Below the pieces are notes generated by a model. It saw nothing but the letters and a program-made list of their open reading frames with translations, was not told the origin of the DNA and made no database searches. DNA of 64,000 bases, taken from positions 765 to 64,764 of IMG/VR virus record IMGVR_UViG_3300029268_002499; one strand, given 5' to 3'. Source of the DNA: a virus (lineage: Duplodnaviria; Caudoviricetes). The translations under genes were made by a program, and so were the position numbers. Each line of letters begins with the position of its first letter. Positions within the stretch are counted from its first letter, which is position 1. This document shows, one piece after another, positions 51,799-61,941 of the stretch.

Positions 51799-51936
51799 AT
51801 GAAAAAGAAAAAAGAAAAAACAAAAGTGCGTGATTGGATTGCTGTTCATGCGCATTTTCGAAAAATCTGGATCAAAAGGAATGATAAAAGGGTCATTCCC
51901 AGACAAAGAAAAAACGCCAACTCCGAGGAGCAGTAG
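51799..51936 (+). CDS. small basic early protein (45 aa)
   Basis: GAGG RBS after early motif 51717-30; MKKKKEKTKVRDWIAVHAHFRKIWIKR... Confidence 0.55.
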   Translation: MKKKKEKTKVRDWIAVHAHFRKIWIKRNDKRVIPRQRKNANSEEQ

Positions 51937-52042
51937 TTTCACCTATTGTTCTACTGCTTCCATTGTTCCACTGAGGAGGGATACCAATTGCCCGGTATCC
52001 CTTCTCTTTCTATGTTTTATATTCCAAAAACTGGAGGTAAAT

Positions 52043-52534
52043 ATGGTAGAGGAACAAAGTTACAAAAGGTTTAATGCCATCAAATTTCCTGATGGTAAAA
52101 TTGGAATTCCTGACTACAAACCTACAGGTTCCCATTTGTTAATTGTTGGGAATGAGGGGTGTATAAGGATGGATACAAATAGTGTAGTATGGACCAATGG
52201 CAAGAACATCAAAAAAGGTCCAGGAATTCAAACAGACTACGTAAGGGGGGCGCTGTTTGAAACAAGGAAGAGAAGGAAAGCGTTTGGAATTTCGAAACAG
52301 GGAAAAGATGCATTAATAAGAATCCAATGTCCAATAGGAACAGATTTAAGCAATCTACAATTAAAATCAAAATATACAAAGATAACAACAGGAGATATTC
52401 AAATTTCATACTTTGTGTTAGAATCGGAGGTCGTTGGTTTGAAGACAGAAGAGAAATGCATTAGCATAATGAAGAAGTCATCGAGTTCGGAATCCTCACA
52501 AGTATTTTCAAAAGAGGAATACGACAGATTATAA
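52043..52534 (+). CDS. hypothetical protein
   Basis: ATG 52043 with GGAGG RBS (track ORF start 51830 is likely an over-extension). Confidence 0.65.
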   Translation: MVEEQSYKRFNAIKFPDGKIGIPDYKPTGSHLLIVGNEGCIRMDTNSVVWTNGKNIKKGPGIQTDYVRGALFETRKRRKAFGISKQGKDALIRIQCPIGTDLSNLQLKSKYTKITTGDIQISYFVLESEVVGLKTEEKCISIMKKSSSSESSQVFSKEEYDRL

Positions 52535-53049
52535 AACCCCTTGCAGGACGTGGTGGGACAAAATCCCACCACAACTTTAAAAAAGGAGAATTTATGAAAA
52601 TATACAAAATAGAAAATGAAAACATTTTTTTAGTCGACCAAAAGAAAAAAGACCGTTTTTATTTTACAATAAAAACAGAAGAAAAAGAATTAAGGAGTGT
52701 ATGTGATGGTTGTTGCAAAAAATTTCAAACAGAAACATCTCTAGAATCTGACGATATTATAGATGTTGTGTGGAATCCAAACAAAAATCCATACATTCTT
52801 AACATCGAAGAAAAAATGAAAAAAACAATCATCAAATCTATGAAAGATTATATACATTCTTTAATTACATCTGAGATAACAAAAGATGCATATTATGCTT
52901 TCAAACTTCATAAAATGTTTTCACCAATAAAAGACGGAACGTTATGCCCCACCTGCAAAGAAAAGGCATCTACACTCAAAAAGAAAATTGAATTGTACGA
53001 TGCACATCTTTAATAAAAAATAAGGGGGCATTGAATGCCCCCAACAAAT

Positions 53050-54264
53050 TTACTTTCTTTCAAACAAAGGTTTTTCTATTTTTTTAACTTTAGGTTCAAT
53101 TTTATGATGATAGTTTTTCCAATCATCTTCAATTTCATCGAATACTTGGAATTTCGCCTCATAGTTATACAATAAACCATTACTTCCAAGACATGCACTG
53201 ATGTAGTAACCACCGATAGTTGGGGTTAATCCTAGTCTCTTCAAGTAGTTTGTTGTTCCTTCGAAACATCCACATTGTGCCCCAAAAATACTTCCGAACA
53301 TTGCTTGAACTTGTGTGTGTAAATGGCCTTGAAAGACGAATCGAATACTTGGTTTTTCTTTGAATCCCCAAGCCATTTTTCTTAGTTCAACATACGATAT
53401 TTGTTCAATATTTTTCTGGAGTTTGTAGGAATATGCATATGGACAACCACCTGTTGGGTGAACCATTTTTGCATCAACATTATTTAATATTGGAACATCT
53501 GCATCATCAAATCCAATATAATGAAAATCTGATCTCTGATTTGCAATAGATTGAACAATATTATACCCACCATTTTTTATAAATGAATAATCATGATTTC
53601 CACCTAACATATACCATTCAAATCCTTCAGGTATATTTGCCAAAACACTTTGAGCTTGTTCATCAGCTGTTACAGCATACAAATCATTTATTTGACCAGA
53701 ATACACACCAACCCCAGCAACTACATCACCAGGAACAAGAATATGTTTTATTCCTCTTTCTCTTGCAACCTCACAGAATTCTTTAAGTGCTGTTATTTGA
53801 CAAGATTTAGAACCGAAATGAAGATCAGAAGCAACAGCAAATTTAACTTCAGTTGTACCTATTTGTGTTATTCTTTTTTCTGCAACTGGTGTAGACTTAT
53901 TAATATAAACTTGGTGACCATCAGTTATTATTTCAGTTCCTAAACTCTTGTGATAATGAATTAGAGCTTCGATTGTTGCTGGAGTACAATTAAGAATGTT
54001 ACACAAATGAATCAATTTAATACTTGAATTACTTTTTACAATCTTCAAAAAGGCTTCTTCGATATTGGAAACATCAACTTTTGAAACTTTTACATCTAAC
54101 TTTCTTCTATACTTCCCCATGTAAGAATTAAAAGTTTTTCTATCTGCAGTATACCCTCTAAGTTTGGCCCCTGCATAAATTTCAGTTGGAGACTTCCCTT
54201 CCGACAATGACTTTAAAACGTACTCATTTACTTCTCTAGGATAATTGTAACGACTCATAAGCAC
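53050..54264 (-). CDS. HTH-fused metallophosphoesterase
   Basis: SDLHFGS, GD, GNHD, HP, GHLH; N-terminal helical/HTH region. Confidence 0.85.
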   Translation of the reverse strand: MLMSRYNYPREVNEYVLKSLSEGKSPTEIYAGAKLRGYTADRKTFNSYMGKYRRKLDVKVSKVDVSNIEEAFLKIVKSNSSIKLIHLCNILNCTPATIEALIHYHKSLGTEIITDGHQVYINKSTPVAEKRITQIGTTEVKFAVASDLHFGSKSCQITALKEFCEVARERGIKHILVPGDVVAGVGVYSGQINDLYAVTADEQAQSVLANIPEGFEWYMLGGNHDYSFIKNGGYNIVQSIANQRSDFHYIGFDDADVPILNNVDAKMVHPTGGCPYAYSYKLQKNIEQISYVELRKMAWGFKEKPSIRFVFQGHLHTQVQAMFGSIFGAQCGCFEGTTNYLKRLGLTPTIGGYYISACLGSNGLLYNYEAKFQVFDEIEDDWKNYHHKIEPKVKKIEKPLFERK

Positions 54265-54348
54265 ACCTCACATTTCTGAATTTTTAATTTGTTATAATTG
54301 ATAAAAAATAAATCCTGCTTACATAGTCGTTTTAAAACAAGACAATCC

Positions 54349-54362
54349 TATATATATTAATT
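54349..54362 (+). promoter_or_regulatory. putative early promoter
   Basis: TATATATATTAATT upstream of 54392 and the ubiquitin-like operon. Confidence 0.75.
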
Positions 54363-54670
54363 GTTGATAAAACGAAAGAAGGAGAACAACTATGAAATTT
54401 ATAAGATGTCTAACACATCGAAGAGAAGTAGTATATCTGAAGATTTCAGAAATAATTAAAGTAGAGGAAGTAGAGGATGCTCCATTCAATTTCTATATCT
54501 CCATTAGAGATTCCTACAATGGAGCAGTTGAAGTTGTAGAGGCCTATCCTAGTTCGGATGTTATAAATTCTGCAAGGAAATTTGTGGAATATTTAGAAAA
54601 AGAAGAATCGTAAAGATTCTTTTTTAGAAAACAAATATTTTTATTTAAAACAAAAATTCAAGGAGGAAAT

Positions 54671-57130
54671 ATGAATCATGGTATTTATTTAGACAGAGAC
54701 GATGGGTGTTTTATTGCCCAATTTGAAAGAATGGGTGATTCAGAATACAGACCAGTAAGAACAACTGGAAGAATTAATGCTTCAAATTTTTACAAAATTT
54801 TCAATCCATCAGCATTATCACTTTTACCTTTGAATTGCAGATTTGCAGATACTATTGGTGGTAATATGAGATTTGTAATTGAAAATCCTCCTCAATACAG
54901 AACTTTAAATTTTGAATGGATTTTTGATCATGAGTTAACAAGACTGAAAGAAAGTGGCGAAGACATCAAATATGGATACACAAGTGATTGGATAGCAAAG
55001 ATTAAAGAAGAAAAAGTTTCCCTAAGACTTTATTTTCCTTATGTTATTTTTATTATTACTATTAGTAAGGGGGATTATGGAATAGGCGCAAATCTTATGA
55101 TTTTTTACAACATTAAACCTTTGAGATCTTTTAATGATCCATTAATTTATGCAAATCTTCCAAACATATTTGATACAGATATGGTATGTGCTGGAAATTC
55201 TTCCACTACTTGGAAGTCAAATGATATTCAGTCATCTCTTGAATCAATAGTTTCTTCATTCTGGACATCATCATTCAATCATGAAGCAAACAGCAGATTC
55301 AATATGTATTCTACATCTCCTATGACTATTTTAAGATGGGCTGCGATGTCTAAAACAAATCCGAGTGGAATTTTTGATCCAAGTCTTTGGAAATTTTCTA
55401 GTAGAACACTCAACGATATTTTATTGTGTGATAATATTTATCCAAATACTGCTTTTGACACAATATATGAAAGTGGAAAAACCGTTTTTTCTGGTCTTTT
55501 GACATCACAAACGAAAGCACATAATTATATTTTGCCAAATGGATCACATTGTCTAAAAATACTGAATGTTGGTGATAGAATTAAATTTAAAGGAAAAATA
55601 TTTTATATTGAACAGTTTCCAATAAATTCAGATCATGTTATGGTGAAAGATTCACTAGAAGGTAAAAAAACAAAAGAAGTTGGTTTGCATGATATAAGTT
55701 TGGAAGAAGCAGAACTTACATCAGCAGAACTTAATACTTTTAATGGCAAAAAAATAGAAGTCAAAGCTGGTGATATTATCAAAGATGATCTTCAGTATAT
55801 GCAAATTCTAGCGATATATAAAGATTTCTTTGGCAACATTGAAATTTCAACAGATATGAAAACAATAGATATTACAAATTCTAAAGAAAAGGATCAAACT
55901 TTATATAAACTTATTGATTTATCAAAAGGAATTACTGTCGGAAGCAGAGTCATTGAACTTAATCCAACCTTCAGATTAGTTAATAGAATGACACATACAA
56001 ATGGTTGCATCGGAATTTATACAATTTCTTCGTGTCATCCAGAAAAATTTTCATGTAGATCTGGAAAAATTATTATTTCAATGTCTGATGGTAATGTATT
56101 TGATACGCAACATATTGCTTCAGGAACCATAGACATAGTTGACACAAGTTCAATTGATGAACTTCCATTTATGAAAACATTACTTATTGGTGAGACAGTA
56201 GCAATTGGCCCAATGAATGTAGACTTTAACAACTACAAAGTCTTTTTAAAAGAGTGGAAAAATTTAACAACAAAGGAAGTAAAAACTTTTAAGGATGGAT
56301 ATCAGGGAATAAATTATTTATTCCCAGAAGAAAGCACTTCTTTACATATTCCGTCTCTCTTTGGAAAAGACATAAATTTCAAGGTAGGGGATACAGTTGC
56401 TTATGGAAGTAGTGAAAGTTATACACTAAAAATTATTACTGGATTTTTAAAGAGTACTGATAATAGAACACTTTCTATCGGTCTCGCAGATACCATAGAA
56501 GGAACACCAGAATTCGAGCCTTATCTTTGTGACAATGGATTTGTTGCACAAAAAAATAAATGCAATCTTTATGGTGTTTATGTAAAAGGCATGGAATTAA
56601 TCAGAAAAATTGATTTATCTATGTTTGGAAGACATATTAAGGTTGCGGTTTCAAAAATTCCTGGTCTTCCAAAAGGAACACAGTGTAAAATTATTGGTGA
56701 ATTCACAGATTGTTTTGGTGAAATTCTTCTCCTTCATAATGGATACACCATAAGAAAATCTGATATTGGAACACTTTTCAAATTGTTAGAGACAACCAGT
56801 AGGGAATATTATGAAATAACACCTACTCAATTGGGTGGGGAAATAAGAATTTCTGTAGGAGATAAATTCCAGCAGCGCTGGGCATCCACTAATTATGTTC
56901 TTCTGCCTAGCAGAAATGAAAGAGGTCGATATTTTTCAATACCCGGGCTTGATGGATATTGTGGTAATGAACACAGATTATCTCAGGCAAAAATTTCAGG
57001 GTTTGTATCTCCTAGAATTCAAAATCTTCCAGATCTTATTAAAAAGAGAAATATCTTATATCCTCCGGTAAGAAATAATTATCCAACACCAGAATCTTTT
57101 GGTTACTACTCAATTTATGAAAGGAGCTAA
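54671..57130 (+). CDS. prokaryotic E2 (family D-like) conjugating domain fused to a long beta-rich C-terminus
   Basis: PY.IF...L..ANLPNI.....VC.G...FW.S.FN.E...W; context next to JAB/E1/Ubl. Confidence 0.75.
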   Translation: MNHGIYLDRDDGCFIAQFERMGDSEYRPVRTTGRINASNFYKIFNPSALSLLPLNCRFADTIGGNMRFVIENPPQYRTLNFEWIFDHELTRLKESGEDIKYGYTSDWIAKIKEEKVSLRLYFPYVIFIITISKGDYGIGANLMIFYNIKPLRSFNDPLIYANLPNIFDTDMVCAGNSSTTWKSNDIQSSLESIVSSFWTSSFNHEANSRFNMYSTSPMTILRWAAMSKTNPSGIFDPSLWKFSSRTLNDILLCDNIYPNTAFDTIYESGKTVFSGLLTSQTKAHNYILPNGSHCLKILNVGDRIKFKGKIFYIEQFPINSDHVMVKDSLEGKKTKEVGLHDISLEEAELTSAELNTFNGKKIEVKAGDIIKDDLQYMQILAIYKDFFGNIEISTDMKTIDITNSKEKDQTLYKLIDLSKGITVGSRVIELNPTFRLVNRMTHTNGCIGIYTISSCHPEKFSCRSGKIIISMSDGNVFDTQHIASGTIDIVDTSSIDELPFMKTLLIGETVAIGPMNVDFNNYKVFLKEWKNLTTKEVKTFKDGYQGINYLFPEESTSLHIPSLFGKDINFKVGDTVAYGSSESYTLKIITGFLKSTDNRTLSIGLADTIEGTPEFEPYLCDNGFVAQKNKCNLYGVYVKGMELIRKIDLSMFGRHIKVAVSKIPGLPKGTQCKIIGEFTDCFGEILLLHNGYTIRKSDIGTLFKLLETTSREYYEITPTQLGGEIRISVGDKFQQRWASTNYVLLPSRNERGRYFSIPGLDGYCGNEHRLSQAKISGFVSPRIQNLPDLIKKRNILYPPVRNNYPTPESFGYYSIYERS

Positions 57131-57132
57131 AA

Positions 57133-58224
57133 ATGTTTAAAGTATTTTTAAACGATGGTAAAAACGTGATGCCAAAAGATGATGTTTTTTACATTATTGG
57201 CAAAAAAGGTGTTTTTCTCAGAAAAAAACTTGGACTGGTTGATGCATTGGTTCCAGTTAAACAACTTTCTTTTCTTGAAGATGTTCAACCATTTGTAAAT
57301 TTAATGTTACCAAAACTGAAAAAGAATATTGTTGGGCAGGTTGCTGGATTCTTCAGAGCAGTTTATAATGAATATAGATACGAGGCTGTTGTAATGATTT
57401 ATTTGAATGAGGATCGAAAGAATTATACAATTCATGTTCCTCCTCAAAAAGTTACTGCTGCAAGTGCATCTTATATGAGAAATGCAGCATTTACAGACAA
57501 AACACTTGTTTGCTCAATTCATAGTCATGCCTCAATGTCTGCATTTCATTCTGGAACTGACGTTGCTGATGAAGAATCTTTTGATGGGCTGCATGTTACT
57601 TTTGGAAATATGGATGAAGATCCACAAATGACTATTGCAGCAAGTGCAGCAGCCAATGGTGAAAGATGTATTGTTCTTCCTGAGCAATATCTTGATGTTA
57701 AATTGATAGGCGACGCTGCTGAAGAACCTGAAGTTGACGAAACATCAACAAATTATCAAAAAAATAAGCATCTCGTAAAATATTATTTCAAAAAGACGCC
57801 AAGATACGAAATCCTTAGCAGACCATTTCCAAAAGAGTGGATGAATTTTGTTGAGGGAACGAAATGGACACCGAGTGTCTATTCATATGCACGTACAAAT
57901 TGGTGGGATGAGCGTAGCTACAAAAAATCAAAAGGTTTACCATTTGATGAAGAGGTAAAAAGACCTTTTGTAATTACACCACAAACACCACGGGTTCCAA
58001 AAACAAAAGAGGTATTTGATCCATGCAAAGAATGTATTTTTTCTGACAAAAAAGCAACATGCTATTGTGATGGGCATCCAAAGCTTGCCGCAGATGCAGA
58101 ACTATCAATGACAAAAGATGAGTACACAAATCCTGACTATTTAATTGGTAATGAAGATTTTACGAGGGAAGAACTATTAAAAATGTATGGATTTTCAGAT
58201 GACGAAATATTAAAAGGATATTAA
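57133..58224 (+). CDS. JAB/MPN+ metalloprotease (deconjugase)
   Basis: E...Q.V...IHSH..MSAFHS.TD..DE...GLH...G. Confidence 0.9.
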   Translation: MFKVFLNDGKNVMPKDDVFYIIGKKGVFLRKKLGLVDALVPVKQLSFLEDVQPFVNLMLPKLKKNIVGQVAGFFRAVYNEYRYEAVVMIYLNEDRKNYTIHVPPQKVTAASASYMRNAAFTDKTLVCSIHSHASMSAFHSGTDVADEESFDGLHVTFGNMDEDPQMTIAASAAANGERCIVLPEQYLDVKLIGDAAEEPEVDETSTNYQKNKHLVKYYFKKTPRYEILSRPFPKEWMNFVEGTKWTPSVYSYARTNWWDERSYKKSKGLPFDEEVKRPFVITPQTPRVPKTKEVFDPCKECIFSDKKATCYCDGHPKLAADAELSMTKDEYTNPDYLIGNEDFTREELLKMYGFSDDEILKGY

Positions 58225-58240
58225 AAAGAAAGGGGGATAC

Positions 58241-58927
58241 GTGGAGAAAATTAAAAACGTTTCAATCATTGGATTAGGAGGTGTAGGATCTATACTATCA
58301 AATTACGTTTCTAAGTTTCTTGAACACAAAAGGGATTTTACAACAATTAAACTAGTTGACGGCGATGAATTTGAATTGAAGAATCTTGAAAGGCAAGAAT
58401 TCACTGAGTTAGAGAACAAGGCTATTGCCAAAACGAAGGAGTTATCCTCAAAGTTCAAAAACTTACATTTTGAATCAATGCCAAATTTCATTGACGCCGA
58501 AAACACAAAAGACCTGGACTGTTCCGATATTATTTTTGTTTGTGTAGATAATCACCGTACACGGAAAATCATTGATGAATATGCACATTCTAGAGAGAAT
58601 GTATGCATAATATCCGGCGGTAATGAATACACAGATGGGAACGTCCAGATCTATATTAGAAAAGGCAGCAAGGACATGACTCCTTCTCTATCTGATTATC
58701 ATCCAGAAATTGAGAATCCTGCAGATAAACATCCTGGTGAAATGTCTTGTGAGGAGTTAATGAACAGTGAGCCACAGCTATTATTTACTAATATGTCTGT
58801 AGCCACTATGATGCTTTGGTCTTTTTATAATCATTGCGTTATGGATAATCATGAAAAGTCCGAAGTTTATTTTGACATGGTTTCAATGAAAGCAGATTCA
58901 AAAGCAAGAAAAGTTAAAACATTGTAA
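58241..58927 (+). CDS. ThiF/E1 ubiquitin-like activating enzyme
   Basis: IIGLGGVGS, DGD.FE..NL.RQ, K, CVDN..TR, SC catalytic Cys candidate, PQL...N. Confidence 0.92.
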   Translation: MEKIKNVSIIGLGGVGSILSNYVSKFLEHKRDFTTIKLVDGDEFELKNLERQEFTELENKAIAKTKELSSKFKNLHFESMPNFIDAENTKDLDCSDIIFVCVDNHRTRKIIDEYAHSRENVCIISGGNEYTDGNVQIYIRKGSKDMTPSLSDYHPEIENPADKHPGEMSCEELMNSEPQLLFTNMSVATMMLWSFYNHCVMDNHEKSEVYFDMVSMKADSKARKVKTL

Positions 58928-58955
58928 AAACAAAAAAGTAAAAAGGAGAATAGTT

Positions 58956-59426
58956 ATGACATTTGTAAGAAGAGAATTAGCGGAAAAAAGCAAATCAGAG
59001 TTGAAGGACATTTGTGATGATCTTGGAATTTATTACAGGGCAAAATCAACCAATGATTTTCTTGTCAATTTGATTCTTAACCATCAGGCTCTTGAAGAAG
59101 ATGATGCATCAATGGATACATCAAATGATTCTGAGCCAAGTTCTGGATCCAGTGATTCAGTCTCTTACCTCAATGCAGGATTGGCAGCAGTTCGCGAAGA
59201 AGATGGTTCTGTCAATGCACTTATTTATGTAACATGTGGTGCATCAACAGGAAACTTCCCGATAGTTGGCAAATCAGTTGCAGCAGCAGGGGAACTTCTC
59301 AGGGAAGCTCTAAACATTGACATTTCTTCAACACCAATTGTCAATGGTGCAAGGGTTTCATGGGATTACGTAGTAGAGGAAGGCGATTCACTAGAGTTCA
59401 CAAAACCTTCTGGAAGAAAGGGATAA
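58956..59426 (+). CDS. ubiquitin-like protein with N-terminal HeH/SAP/Rho-N-like domain
   Basis: C-terminal beta-grasp (VNG.....YVV..GD.LEF.KPSGRKG); N-terminal L...SKSELKDIC..LGI.......LV..IL. Confidence 0.85.
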   Translation: MTFVRRELAEKSKSELKDICDDLGIYYRAKSTNDFLVNLILNHQALEEDDASMDTSNDSEPSSGSSDSVSYLNAGLAAVREEDGSVNALIYVTCGASTGNFPIVGKSVAAAGELLREALNIDISSTPIVNGARVSWDYVVEEGDSLEFTKPSGRKG

Positions 59427-59448
59427 TTATAAAGGGGGAGAAATCCCC

Positions 59449-60423
59449 CTATTCCCCAAGTGTTTTATTTTTTTTGCTTAAATAATTTATAACATAATCA
59501 TCAACAGATTCTTCAATTGTCATCATTTCTTTATTATAACCAGTATTTCTTAACTTCGATATATCTGCACATGTATAATTTTGATAATCAAAATTGTCGT
59601 GATCTATGAATTCAATCTTCTTTTCTTTATTCATAGATTTACAAACACAATCGACAAGTTTATTAAAACTATTCGCAACACCTGTGCCAATATTGAAAAG
59701 CCCATTTGCATTTTCATTAAATATAAGAAACATTATTATGTCAACAACATCCTTAATATAAATGAAGTCTCTTTGTTGTTCACCATCATTCACACCTTCT
59801 TTATTTGACTTGAAAACTGTTATATGTTCATCTTTCTGGAGTCTCTGGAAGGATTTATAGACGAGACCTGTCATATGATCCTTGTGGTATTCATTGGGTC
59901 CAAAAACATTGAAAAACTTGAGTCCTGTGACCTTATTCACTATTTTTGTTTTTAACATCCATACATCAAATGAGTGTTTTGAATTAGCATATAAATTAAG
60001 AGGTTTTAATAATAACGTAGTATTGTCGTCATCACTAAATCCAAATTCTCCATCACCATATGTCGCAGCCGATGATGCATAAATAAATTTTATATCAAAA
60101 CATGCACAGAATTTTGCAATAGATTTTGACGCATCAAAGTTTTCTCTTTTTATCAATTGTTCATCTGTAATATCTGTTGATGAGATTGCCCCCATATGAA
60201 TTATATGACTAACTTTAGAAAAAATTCTAGATTCATTTAAATTGCTCATGAACAGTTCTTTATCTATACATCCTTTAAATTTCAATCCTACTAAATTTTT
60301 AATCTTTTGACTAGTGATATTCTTCAAATTATCAACAATTAAAATATCTTCATATCCTAATTTATTTAACCCCCATATTATCGCACTTCCAATAAATCCC
60401 AATCCACCAGTAACGATAATCAT
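59449..60423 (-). CDS. hldD: ADP-L-glycero-D-manno-heptose 6-epimerase
   Basis: IIVTGG.GFIGS, H.GA.S.T, YASSAATYG, PLN.Y..SK, FNVFGPNE.HK..M, RDFIY..D. Confidence 0.93.
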   Translation of the reverse strand: MIIVTGGLGFIGSAIIWGLNKLGYEDILIVDNLKNITSQKIKNLVGLKFKGCIDKELFMSNLNESRIFSKVSHIIHMGAISSTDITDEQLIKRENFDASKSIAKFCACFDIKFIYASSAATYGDGEFGFSDDDNTTLLLKPLNLYANSKHSFDVWMLKTKIVNKVTGLKFFNVFGPNEYHKDHMTGLVYKSFQRLQKDEHITVFKSNKEGVNDGEQQRDFIYIKDVVDIIMFLIFNENANGLFNIGTGVANSFNKLVDCVCKSMNKEKKIEFIDHDNFDYQNYTCADISKLRNTGYNKEMMTIEESVDDYVINYLSKKNKTLGE

Positions 60424-60450
60424 TATTCTACCTCTCGGTGTAACAGTTAT

Positions 60451-60487
60451 TTGTATTTTGTTCCTTAGTTTTCTATATATATTAATT
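60451..60487. promoter_or_regulatory. back-to-back late (-) and early (+) motifs
   Basis: GGAACAAAATAC on minus; TATATATATTAATT 60474-87 on plus. Confidence 0.65.
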
Positions 60488-60524
60488 ATCAGAAATAAAG
60501 ATCAACGAAGAAAGGAGAGAAAAA

Positions 60525-60839
60525 ATGCTTGCACTAACTATGGTCCTGCAACAAAAGTTGTCTCATAGGTTGAATCAAAAGATGAGATTAGAGTTGAGGG
60601 TGGATTGCAGAGTTTGTGGCGAAAACATTGGTGAGGCGCCTCTATCCGAAAGGATGATAGAAAATGTTACACATCTGAGTCAGGGAGGATCTTTTACGGA
60701 TATTTGCCCCAACTGTTTCACGCTTTGTGTTGGGGACAACGAACAAGTAATTAAAGAATGGAACAGGATTGGGGAAGATCCTGTAGAACTTGTCAGGTTT
60801 GCAAAAAGACTAAAAGGAGAATATGATGAAGAAAGGTAA
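60525..60839 (+). CDS. early zinc-ribbon protein with Leu/Gln-rich N-terminus
   Basis: CRVC...CPNC; MLALTMVLQQKLSHRLNQKMRLELR. Confidence 0.6.
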   Translation: MLALTMVLQQKLSHRLNQKMRLELRVDCRVCGENIGEAPLSERMIENVTHLSQGGSFTDICPNCFTLCVGDNEQVIKEWNRIGEDPVELVRFAKRLKGEYDEER

Positions 60840-61278
60840 ATACATAGTTAAAATAGAAAAAGGAAATCTACAATCATTACTTACAGTGTTTGCCCCAACT
60901 GACAAACCAATTCCAGGAATGATTAAAGCTCTAGCCCCACACAGGCAAAGCTACGACGACAAAATGCTTATTCCTAGAAATCTAAGCAATCGAGACATCG
61001 TGGATTTGTTGTTCTTTGGTCAGGAGATATCAATCAACCAATTAAATAGCGAAAAAATTGAAGTGGAAGTGTTTGACGATGAGGTAAACTTCCACTGAGC
61101 AATGAAAACAGATGGTTACACACATCTGTTTTTGTCTAATATATTTTTTTTCTAAAAATAATACTAAGAAGAGATAATTTATTATCTCATACAATATATA
61201 GTATTAAATTGTGTAGTTATATATATTAATTATTGAAGAAAGGGGATTTATAAAATTTTATTTTAAGGGGGAAAAGAA

Positions 61279-61725
61279 ATGTTTAAAAATGTTGAAGAAG
61301 AAAAAAGAAAGTCGAAAAGAATTAAAACAAAAGATTTGTTTGGATTTTTTCAAACGGAGGATGGCAGATACGAATGTGAAATAATAGATATTTCAGAAGG
61401 GGGGCTTCGATTTAAAATTGCTTCTGGTAATATTTCAGAGCTTATTTCATTTTCAGAAAATCAAGTATTGGTTGATATATCCCCAATCAATGAAAATGGA
61501 AATTTTGCTTGGGGGTACGGATTAATAAGAGACTTCTTAGATCAGATATGCTCAATTGAATTTTATGCAGCTAACACTCAAAAAATAAAAGAGTTGATAG
61601 CTAAAGAAAGTTTAAAAGAGAAAATGAGAAATTCTATAGAAGAATCAGTTAAATCATCCGCAGAAAGAAAAATGACTCGGAAAAAAGCTATACTTGAACT
61701 TGATAGGTTATTTTCACATTTATAG
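61279..61725 (+). CDS. PilZ domain protein
   Basis: RxxxR (RKSKR) and DxSxxG (DISEGG); early motif 61218-31. Confidence 0.8.
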   Translation: MFKNVEEEKRKSKRIKTKDLFGFFQTEDGRYECEIIDISEGGLRFKIASGNISELISFSENQVLVDISPINENGNFAWGYGLIRDFLDQICSIEFYAANTQKIKELIAKESLKEKMRNSIEESVKSSAERKMTRKKAILELDRLFSHL

Positions 61726-61941
61726 AATGTTCATTTAATCAAAATAGGAGGATATAAATGAAAAAAATGTCAAACATCTTTATCGCGGGAATGATTGTTA
61801 TTTTCTTCGTGGCAGAAGAAGGCCCTAACGCAACATTCAATGAATTTTGTTTATTATGGTGTATGAAAATTATTGTTGCAATTTTGGTAGGTGTATATTG
61901 TATCTACAAAGGATATATTTATATTCCAAATGGAGGAGAAA

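Noticed and set aside
51830-52042. N-terminal extension of track ORF 51830-52534
   Set aside because: Overlaps a better-supported 45-aa ORF and a hairpin; the RBS supports ATG 52043
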